Positions 1 to 10,600 of a stretch of 64,000 bases of DNA are shown here, piece after piece. The notes beneath the pieces were generated by a model, which ran no database searches, was not told the DNA's origin, and saw only the letters and a program-made list of their open reading frames with translations. The stretch lies in the NCBI RefSeq assembly GCF_036588685.1, contig NC_086380.1, forward strand, positions 44,826,001 to 44,890,000. The letters are read 5' to 3'. Positions within the stretch are counted from its first letter, which is position 1; every line of letters begins with the position of its first letter. The position numbers and the translations under genes were made by a program. The DNA is from Mytilus trossulus (taxonomy: Eukaryota).

Positions 1-90
1 TAGCCGTATTTGGCACAATTGTTTGGAATTTTGGGTCCTCAATGCTCTTCAACTTTGTATTTGTTTGGCTTTTTAACTGTTTTGATCTGA

Positions 91-134
91 GCGTCACTGA
101 TGAGTCTTATGTAGACGAAACGCGCGTCTGGCGT
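91..134 (+). ncRNA. Minimal type I hammerhead ribozyme
   Basis: GCGTCA-CTGATGA-GTCT(TATGT)AGAC-GAAA-CGCGCG-TC^-TGGCGT: stem I, core, stem II, palindromic stem/loop III (ACGCGCGT); cleavage predicted after 128. Confidence 0.88.
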
Positions 135-445
135 ATTAAATTATAATCCTGGTACCTTTGATAACTGTTTACACCACTGGGTCGATGCCACTGCTGATGG
201 ACGTTTCGTCCCCGAGGGTATCACCAGCCCAGTAGTCAGCACTGTGGTGTTGACATGAATATCAATAATATGGTCATTTTTATAAATTTTCCGTTTACAA
301 AACTTTGAATTTTTCAAAAACTAAGGATTTTCTTACGCCCAGTAGTAGATTACCTTAGCCGTATTTGGCACAATTATTTGGAATTTTGGGTCCTCAATGC
401 TCTTCAACTTTGTATTTGTTTGGCTTTTTAACTGTTTTGATCTGA

Positions 446-489
446 GCGTCACTGATGAGTCTTATGTAGACGAAACGCGCGTCTGGCGT
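446..489 (+). ncRNA. Minimal type I hammerhead ribozyme
   Basis: Identical to 91-134; cleavage predicted after 483. Confidence 0.88.
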
Positions 490-1204
490 ATTTTAAAAAT
501 TATAATCCTGGTACCTATGATAACTGTTTACAGTACTTTTTTTTTATCATTATGTACCAATTTCAACATTGATTTTAAAAAAGTCGATACTTGATAAAAT
601 AATACACAAAACAGTGACCTTACATAGATCCACAGTTTTTGACATGAACACGATCTATGTATCTGACAGCCTATAAAGAAAGTAAGAATTTCTTAAGATA
701 ATATAAATTTATTTTCAAACAATTTTTAACAAACAAATTATAGATCATAAATTCATTAATTGAATGTATTCGTTGTAAATAAATATGAATACACTTTGTC
801 TACATATAAACACTGAAATTACAAGACGAATACCTCTGATATGTCAACATTAGAGGCAGAAATTTTAATCCACCATATCGATAATTAAGGGCATATGTTA
901 CAGTTTCGATCTTATGGAGATTTGTTTTAAAAAAATGCAAACAAACAATTTTCACTTGGTAATTTCTAATGTGTTTTAAAATTTGATTGGTAATTTTTTA
1001 CTTAAATTGGAATAAATAATATCCATACAGTATCATATTAAATTACATTTAAAAATTAGGGTTACAGGTAACTAGGGAATATCAGCCCTCGAAAAATGCA
1101 TAATTTTCTGAAATTTCGCAATTTAGGTTAGCAACGTCATAGCACCCCTTGAAACTGTATTGTATGCCCTTGATGTCTCTCCAGATATGCTCATTGGAAT
1201 AACG

Positions 1205-1695
1205 TTTGTGACTTGATTAACTTCACTAATGTCTTGTGAATGAATGTCACTACATGAATATATTGTTTTTGTGAATAAATATGACTTAATTTGTAAACGA
1301 GTGTCACTAAGTTTGTGAATGGATGTCACTACATTTGTGAATTGATGTCACTGCATTTGTGAATAGATATTACTTTCTTTGTAAACGAGTGTTACTTAAT
1401 TTGTGAATGGATGTCACTACATTTGTAAATGGATGTCATTACATTTGTGAATGGATGTCACTACATTTGTGAATTGATGTCACTGCATTTGTGAATAGAT
1501 ATTACTTTCTTTGTAAACGAGTGTTACTTAATTTGTGAATGGATGTCACTACATTTGTAAATGGATGTCATTACATTTGTAAATGGATGTCACTACATTT
1601 GTGAATGGATGTCACTGCATTTGTGAATAGATATTACTTAATTTGTAAACGAGTGTTGGGTACTTTGTGAATGAATGTCACTTAATTTGTGAATT
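1205..1695. repeat. 22-bp minisatellite with a 132-bp higher-order repeat
   Basis: Consensus TTTGTGAATGGATGTCACTACA; the order of unit variants recurs at +132 (e.g. 1341 and 1473). Confidence 0.9.
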
Positions 1696-3004
1696 CTTAC
1701 AAATACCTATAAAAAAATATAACGGTAACACATAGAAAACATAACCAATTTTCTTTCTTAAAACAACATGTAAAAAATTTGAGAACAGTAACATAAACCA
1801 TCATCAAAAAATTGTTTAATCTAGAAGGCAAATGAGTTTAAATATAAAGAGAGATACGCAACTTGAACTTCATTAATTCATAGTTTTAACAAATTCGATA
1901 CTTTAACGAGACACACATAAAAAAAATTAGAATAAAACAAATATTTGGAATCATTGGATAAATTACGAAAATCATGTTAATGCCGTATCCAAACGAACTT
2001 ATCAATATACAAGAAAAGCTTACACTCAAATCTGTGTAGTTGAAAATGATATGTTTATCTGTTACGTTTTTTGTTTCATATGGTTAACAAAACCCATCCA
2101 ATACAAATTGCTCATCAAAGACTTTCAATGAAGTTTTATAAAACGATGTTCACCACAAAAGCATTTAGATAGAAATAGTCTTTCATTTTACAAAATTTTC
2201 AGTGTTCTACTTTTCAATGAATAATCATTAATTGCATTTATATATTAAAACAAAGCTCAACGATATTGAAAAGAATGAAAATCAAGCTTTTTCTTTAATC
2301 AACTTTTTAATCTTATTGCAAAATTCTTTTTGTGAACTGGATATTCTATGATGATACCTATCATATACACACAATTTACATACACAAATGAACAACCTAT
2401 ATACAATGTCTTGAGAGCTTCATTATAAAAAATAATTATTATTTTCGCATTGTCATATTCATTTGGAAGCTCCTTACTATATCATGACTAAATTATCGCA
2501 CCTAGAATTCATGACGGTATAACATTTGTTCAAAACCTACATTTTACGAAATGAATTGGTTTATTTGAACAACATAATAAGCATCTAACAATGTGTGACA
2601 AAATATATCCAGAAAGGAACGGAAAAGTATGATAAAGCATTTTTTATTAACATCTTGTTCTCCAAAATCAAAATCTTGACAAAAAAAAACCCCACTGAAA
2701 ACAACACCTTAGATACTTTGTGCGTCTGAAACATGTCTAAATCATAGTTCCAATGATCATAGTTCTGCAAAACAATATGTAAGCTTTCAGTGTTTTATAC
2801 AAAACAAAGAAAAAACAGAGTGCTGTTATAAGTATGTGAAGATACGATGCGATATGAAAAGTATTTCAGAACAATATTATAATTATATATTGTATTCAGG
2901 ATAACACTAACTACATTTGAATTAATACATTCTTCAAACATCCTTTTTTCATTCCATTCATTGTACTTTGTTTGAACAATCCAACTAGAAATACACACAT
3001 TTAA

Positions 3005-3277
3005 GGTGGTACCTAACACTACAGGGAGATAACTCTGTAAAGTCAGCTAAACGTTTTAATTACATTGTGTTGTAAAGGGAATATTAAGCTTCTCAATGAT
3101 CAAAATTGGTGTTTGTCAAATTGCTATATAACCAGTGTAATTTTTCTGACAAAACGGTAGGTTCAAAATTTTAGAAATTTTTATATTTTTGTTTAAGAGT
3201 CAAAGTAAATACATTGTCCAAATTTTATGAAAATTAAACGAGCCAATTTAATTTTAGTGAAAGTGTTGGGTACCACC
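3005..3277. mobile_element. MITE with TTAA target duplication (Kolobok-like)
   Basis: TTAA|GGTGGTACCTAACACT ... AGTGTTGGGTACCACC|TTAA: 16-bp TIR with 1 mismatch and purine-purine termini. Confidence 0.8.
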
Positions 3278-4094
3278 TTAAATCAATCGATTTTAACCAA
3301 ATACAAATACACTGATTATCAAAATACATAGTATATACAGCAAATATATATCGTTTCCATTTACATGTTACATAAGTAATATTTAAAAAAAAACCAGTAG
3401 AAATTATATTAACATATCATATTTTTTTTAAAGTTTTAATAACTGCAAATTGAGCGTTTTCTCTGCTGAACAGAACATGTTGCTTCATACCGAGTTATCC
3501 TGATTATTTACATTCTTTAAGTGGTATTTTTAAAATTTTGTGTAACATACATGTTTCACTTTAATATGGATAAAATTAAAATCGATCGAAATGTTTATTG
3601 AGAAGACATACGCTGGAAAAGAAATCTTTGGCAAAGAGAAAACAATGGAAGACAAAAAGCTGATTCACAATAAAAAAAAAAACACAAGGAAGGAAAAAAA
3701 CTTCTGGCTAATTAGAATATACGCCAATATAATGTTAATTCAAATTTGACATTCTTGGTGAAAATCACTTTATAATGATCCTTAAAGTAATGCACTATAA
3801 ACAAAACCGAAGATACACGTGTCATTATGACACATGATGTCTAAATTGAAACCAACCAAAATCATGATTTTAGAGGTGATTTTAGAAGTGATTTCGATAA
3901 TGATATTTTCTTTGACTAATAAACGAAAAAAAACCTCTTCAATATAATTTGACACAAATTTTCTGGTTAAATATGTTACGGTGAAATAATTCTATTTTCT
4001 GTATGATATACAAAGGTCATTAAATATATATGGATGAATAAGACGAATCAGAAAGAATAACTGTTTACTAGAACAAGATAAATTCAGAAGTTTA

Positions 4095-4222
4095 TGTTGC
4101 GGTATGCTTTGCTCATTGTTGAAGGCCGTACGATAACCTACTGATGTTAATTTCTGTGTCATTTTGGTCTCTTGTTGAGAGTTGTCTCATTGGCAATCAT
4201 ACCACATCTTCTTTTTTTTTAT
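4095..4222 (+). repeat. Dispersed repeat family C (GTTGAAGGCCGTAC...GTTGTCTCATTGGCAATCATACCACATCTT)
   Basis: Related copies at about 16860-16970, 26090-26400, 39775-39940 (-), 40508-40685, 50790-50945, 55935-56060, 56420-56630 and 61070-61470. Confidence 0.75.
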
Positions 4223-4423
4223 AGTTACTTATTCCTCTTACTGGAAATATTGAATAAATACAAGTATGATAATAGAAAAAAACATAGGTGATTCGTCGTC
4301 ATGATTTGTTTGTAATAAGTTAGCAAATATAAATCTTAGGTCTAAGTAGGTTTTATGTCAATATTTCACTTGTTCATCATCCCATTCTAGTTCCAAATGA
4401 TCTATTTGTTGTTTTGACAATCA

Positions 4424-4678
4424 TCAGCTTGTATGAAGTAATCCACATTTGACTCCTTCAATTATGCTTCCTAAATACTTTTTAAGAATTGGACGAAATT
4501 TTTTGTTCAGCATAAAATAGATAAGGGGATTAACTACTGTTGAAAGTTTCGCAAACAGCACTGCAATAAGGGTAATCCTGACAGGTACCTCTCCTTTAAA
4601 ACCATAAGCAGTCCATAAACTAACCACTGCGTACGGAGACCAAAGTCCAACGAATCCTATACACATGGTTAATGTCAT
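4424..4678 (-). CDS. Opsin exon 5 (TM6, TM7, helix 8, stop)
   Basis: Acceptor TTTTACAG|ATG; encodes WSPYAVVSLW, the retinal-binding Lys in LFAKLS, and NPLIYFMLNKKFR; ends in TGA. Confidence 0.93.
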   Translation of the reverse strand: MTLTMCIGFVGLWSPYAVVSLWTAYGFKGEVPVRITLIAVLFAKLSTVVNPLIYFMLNKKFRPILKKYLGSIIEGVKCGLLHTS

Positions 4679-7600
4679 CTGTAAAAGATTTATTAGAAAA
4701 CTATTATAATGTTTCTACAACTCAAATCAATCGTAAAATTAATGTGTCACATCTAAATATTAGCAGAATGATTTTTACATACATGTTTGTTATTAATTAA
4801 ACATTATATTTCACAAACATATTAAATCACTATTGGTTTAAAATGAATTAAAAGAAATGTCAACTCGAATAACCTGTAATCATTCAAAGAATTTTACAAA
4901 TTTATATACAATTATCGAATATAAAATCTAATGACAGTTTAAATAGATTTTTCTCGTTAATTTCTAAGATCTCTCAAAAGCGATTCAGTAATCAGTTAAG
5001 TTCCTTTAGATTTAAAGTCGTTTTAGGATTAAATATCTAATGGCATATATATACTTAAAATAGACAAATGTGTTAAATCTCTTTCTGAAAATAAGTGCAT
5101 GAAAATCTCAATACATTTACTTCGATAAATAAGTTTTACAATGACACATGCGTACAATTGCAGATGAAGGTACGCTAAAAATCCTTTGTAAAACTAAAAT
5201 TACCAGACTTCAGAAACTTATGTTTGGCTATTTCAATGCTTTTTTATAAAAAGGATATTTGAAAAAAAACGTCAAACGTTGAAATTTACAAAGACTCTTA
5301 CAGACAAAACTTTGTTTTATGTGGAGCTATTGAATGCTTAGGTTAAACTGCAGTGGCACAATTTGTTCATTTATAGGGTCGCAAGAGGATTAAAACAGGT
5401 ATATTTGAACTCAATATGGATAAAGAGATATATCACGTTAACGCTTTTGGAAAAACAAGTCAACTATAAAATAAAATGTCAATCTCTTATGAATTTCGAC
5501 CAATCTCGAATTTGTTTTATTAACATCCAGAACCCTATAATTTGTCTTATGATGCAACATTTAAACCATGAATTAAAGTCCTACACTATTCTTTGCCAAA
5601 TACAAAAGAAAAATGAACATTAAAGAGCATTGCTAATGTATGGTGTTAATTTTTGCTCTAACTGATTAGTACTTTATTTAGTTGAATTTGTCCATGTTTA
5701 ACCATGTCCTTGCCTTCATTCATTTTATGAACAATTGATTTTATTTTGTACAAATCATCTCCTTATCCTCATACTTTGAGGTTAAACTTTATATATGTGT
5801 ATAACTGTTACCTTAATTAAGTACGAATCTCTTTTCTTCACAGATGGTTTAACAGTCATAATTGTTCTTCTTGTTCGTCGTCTTGATCTTCTTATGTGCA
5901 ATAAAATACGTCCATATGACACTTTCATTACAATCACTGGCACAATTACACATGCTATTAGGAAGAATGTAACAAAAATATGATGTCCATGCCAGGCTAG
6001 TGTACAAGATGTTCCATAAGGTTCAGGTCCGTAAGCACCAATTCCGAATACAGGCAAAAAAGCCCAAAAGGTAGCATAACAGTATATTCCAACGATGGAA
6101 AATTTTGTATGTAGAAGGATTTTTTGAGCTAAAATAAATGTTCAAAGTTAAGTAATGATTTCAAAACTTCAGGAATTTAAATATTATACTTATTTCTAAT
6201 ACAAGAGGTGTCCAATTATCTTTTTTTCAAAAACAATGAAAAATATTTAACCACATTTTATATACTAGTAAAAAAGTACCATTTACATTGGTAACGTTTG
6301 TTTAACTATGTTATATGCATGAGATGAAAGTTTCAAAATGATTGCTGACAGTTTTTCTTCTGTATAAAGCTTTCAGATGCATGCAGATTGTTATCGTCAG
6401 ATTGTGTTATTAATTTCATTAACCACCATGGTTGTTTAATGTTGCATCTATCAACAAGATAGCCCAAGGCTTAATATTAATGATAATTGTTTGTTATAGT
6501 AAGACAATTAACCGTATCAAGTTTATGGCACAAGATAAGGTTTTCGATAATAATTGCTATTTAATAATTCTGGACTCTCAAAGTATTTAAAAAAAAAATA
6601 TAATGTAAACGTTTAAGAGCTGATGACGCAAAAATTAAGACAACTTTCCTCCAGAGACCATATGAGGAGTATTGAAATTTACCAACGTCTATAAGAAGTG
6701 AATGTAATGTCATCTATATTTGATAATCTATAACGTATATAAATATCTTACTAAGTAAGTTACGCGCGCGCAATATGCAAGCTAAATTAACAAGTGTCTG
6801 TACATTATACTTAAACATCTTCACCTTAGTTTTAATAAATAAAACACGCCTGAAATCGACATGACAGATATTCACGTTCATCAGCATTAATTAGTTGATC
6901 AATACGCCGTGTCGGTATCTCATATATGTAACGACATGTTTTATTGGTCATAGATGTTATGATATCAACAAAGTCGTATGATCTGTAAGTTTTCCATTTG
7001 TGACATTTTAACCTCTTTTGTGTTTCGAGCGTCAGTGATGACGAAATGCACGTCTGGGGCCTATTTCAATCACGGTATTTATGATGAGTTTGTTTGAGTG
7101 ATGTCGTATTCCAATGAAGATATGACACACATAGTCTATCTGCTGTTGGAGTTCATACGATTTCCTCAGTTTTTGCTTGTAACCATGATTTTACTTTTTT
7201 AAACCATGTATTCATAATTATTTTCCTTGTTTTCAAGAAGATACTTCATCCTACTATAAGTAATAGATAAATAACATTTGCACTTAACTACTAGACATAT
7301 TTTTGTTGTACAATTTAAAAAAGTATTGCCATTACGTTCTCCCTTGTAAGTAAAGAGTTTACATAGAACCAAGACCGATTTGCAGAAAAATTTCTGCAAA
7401 GTGAATTATTGCCGCTGAAATGAAATGATATGAGTTTGAGAGTGAACCTGTTGACAAAGATTCATTTACGTGTTTATCTTTGTTAAGAACATTTTAATGC
7501 GCAAGGACACTCTTTTTGCTTGAATTATACAAACTGCATTCGATTTGATGACATATGCATATCATCAATGGATTATACATAAATAAGGTTCAAGGATTGT

Positions 7601-10600
7601 TCTCAACTACTTTTAATTACATTCTGAACGACCACTTCATATCAATTATTGATCGTGTTCTAATCGCAACATAACCTCTCATCTTTGTTATATGATTACA
7701 TTTGCTTGTGATAAAATCCGTTCTTACTATCAGTTTTAGCTAATTTTCTAGTAGCAGCCCATAACAAAGAAAGAACAAAATCACAATTGAAAAGAAACAT
7801 TTGAAAAATGAAAACATAATACTACAACATTATTTATTGGCACTAAATTTCATTTAACAAATTGAACTAATTGAAATAAATTAGACTTTACATGAATTTT
7901 GTCCTTGTATTACATTAACTCACCATGCTTAACCCCACACACTTTGATGTATCGTGCATAACTTATAGCTGCAAGGCTTGCTATGCTCACAACGCCACAG
8001 AAAAATCCTATGAAACCATAGGCTGCACAAACTGAAATACATCAGAAATTATATATAGTTCGGGACACTTCTCACTGAAATGTATCAATAATTCGCCAGA
8101 TGATGCATTGTGGAACAAAATATTTTATAATTTAGATTCAAAAGACCTTATGAATGATTTATCAAGAATTAATAATGATGGTAATCATCGGATACAACAT
8201 GGTTCACCAAAGTAAGCAATAAAATAGACTTGAAACTTTTCGCTGCAGTTATATATATTATCCAAATGTGCATGTAAGATTCAAATCGTATGTCTTCGCG
8301 TCCGAATAGAACTTCGTTGCTGGTTTAGTATTCTTTTTTATATTATTTGTGTAGTTTCGGTATGGTCATTTGTAGTATATGAATTGAATCTTTCTTCAAT
8401 TATTAAATTATACCTTCATTTGAAATTTCGAAAATCTTAATACTTAGGCTAGATGCGTATCATCTTCAAATAATGGAGGCTATACAATTTGAAGTATTAA
8501 ATGTTCGTCAAGGAAATTGTTTTGCTAAAATTTTGTCTGAAATGAACCATTCTACTGCCTAAAGAACGCAAAAAAAGTTCTACTCGGATTAACAATAAAA
8601 CACACTTACCAAAATAATACTTACGAAATTCCCCAATAATCCATTGATGATATACAGATGAATAGATTGTCAATGGAAATCCAAACAATGGCATGAACAG
8701 GTCGATGATTGCCAAGTTTAAAATATAAAAATCACACGAAACTAATGATTTCAGCTTGCGTATACACACACACAAGACAAGTCCATTCAAGACTGTTGAC
8801 AAAATACCTATAAAAATATAAAAAGTTGAAATTGTCAATCAATATCTACTGATACTACATGCTATTCATAGACTATGCACGTTAAGTATACTTGTCCAAG
8901 ACTTACTACGAATTTTTTTGGGGGGAAGGTATGTACGATTATAGTTATCAAAGGTACCAGGATTATAATTTAGTACGCCAGACGCGTGTTTCGTCTACAC
9001 AAGACTCATCAGTGACGCTCATATCCATATATTTATTTAGCCAAACAAGTAAAAAGTTGAAGAGCATTGAGGAAATTCGAAAAAACAAGTAAAAAGTTGA
9101 AGAGCATTGAGGAAATTCAAAAAATTGTGCCAAATACGGTTAAAGTAATCTATAAAATTGAGAATGGAAATGGGGAATGTGTCAAAGAGACAACAACCCG
9201 ACCTTAGAAAAAAATAACAGCAGAAGGGCACCAACAGGTCTTCAATGTAGCGAGAAATTCCCGCACCCGGAGGCGTCCTTCAGCTGGCCCCTAAACAAAT
9301 ATATACTAGTTCAGTGATAATGACGGCATCATAATTTTCTAATTGTACACAAGAAACTAAAATTAAAATAATACAAGACTAACAAAGGCCAGAGGCTCCT
9401 GACTTGGAAAAAAATGCGGCGGGGTTAAACATGTTTGTGATATCTCAACCCTCCCCCTACACCTCTAGCCAATGACGAAAAGTAAACGCATAACAATACG
9501 CACATTAAAATTCAGTTCAAGAGAAGTCCGAGTCTCATGTCAGAAGATGTAACCAAAGAAAATAAACAAAATGACAATAATACAAAAATAACAACAGGCT
9601 ACTAGCAGTTAACTGACATTCCAGCTCCAGACTTCAATTAAACTGACTGAAAGATTATGATTTCATCATATGAACATCAGGCACAATCCTTCCCGTTAGG
9701 GTTTTGTTTAGTAGCATACCATCATAACATATATGAAAAGAACATATGCCTGGGATAAGAAAATCCTTAGTTTTGTAAACAGGAAATTTGTAAAAATTAC
9801 CACATTATTGATATTCATGTCAACACAGAAGTGTTGAACACTGGGCTGGTGAAACCCTCGGGGACGAAACGTCCACCAGTAATGGCATCGACCCAGTGTA
9901 AATAGTTATCAAAGGTATCGGGATTATAATTTAGTATCCCAGACGCCGGTTTCGTCTACACAAGACTCACCAGTGACGCTGAAGAGCATTGATCATTAAC
10001 GAAGTTTTTTTTTTGGGGGGGGGGGGGGGGGATCATCGTTTTTAACACTGTCTTGGCCATCCATTCAAATGATATCAAATGATCAACCCAGAATAGCTTA
10101 TTTGATCATATCTGCTACTCAGCTTTATACTAACCTGATCGTGGTTCGTTGTTTGCAAAGGTAAAACTGTGCTTGTCTCAAGGACTAGTATGATTTACTG
10201 TCATTAGCATACGATATGCATCATTCCAAGACCCAAGAGAATTTAATAACTGTCTCTGGTCCAATATATTTTGACGAGAACAAAATAAGGATGGTTCATT
10301 TATATGCATTTACCTACACAATTTCATATCAATATAATAACGTAGTGTCTAGGTAAATTTGAAAATGTTATAACCGACAGTAACAAAGTAAATTAAATCA
10401 TTAATAAAGCAAATACAGTTGTAAGAGAAATTTCGCGACGCTATTGGTTTGGAAGGTCTTCACATTTGTCTAAATAATGCAGTCAATAATGCAGAAGATG
10501 ACTTTTAACACTTGTGCGTCAAAGCAAAAAGACTACGCCATGACAAAAACGGAAAATAACGAAAGACCAACAAGTCAAAGAAAATCTCAATAACGAACTA

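Larger units (their letters stand above)
1..531 (+). mobile_element. Retrozyme tandem array (~355-nt unit with type I hammerhead ribozymes), cut by the window edge
   Basis: Direct repeat with a 355-nt period; identical hammerhead motifs at 91-134 and 446-489. Confidence 0.88.
8941..9992 (-). mobile_element. Retrozyme copy in opsin intron 1, interrupted by repeat family B
   Basis: Reverse complement of the 1-531 unit; hammerhead cores at 8975-9018 (intact) and ~9935-9980 (CTGGTGA mutant); short tandem duplication at ~9043-9120. Confidence 0.85.

Noticed and set aside
397-594. 65-aa ORF across the hammerhead
   Set aside because: Incidental frame within the retrozyme repeat.
1205-1695. CRISPR-like array
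   Set aside because: Contiguous tandem units without spacers, in a eukaryotic context.
10005-10032. Poly-T/poly-G tract (another G-run at ~16013)
   Set aside because: Simple homopolymers with no supporting function.
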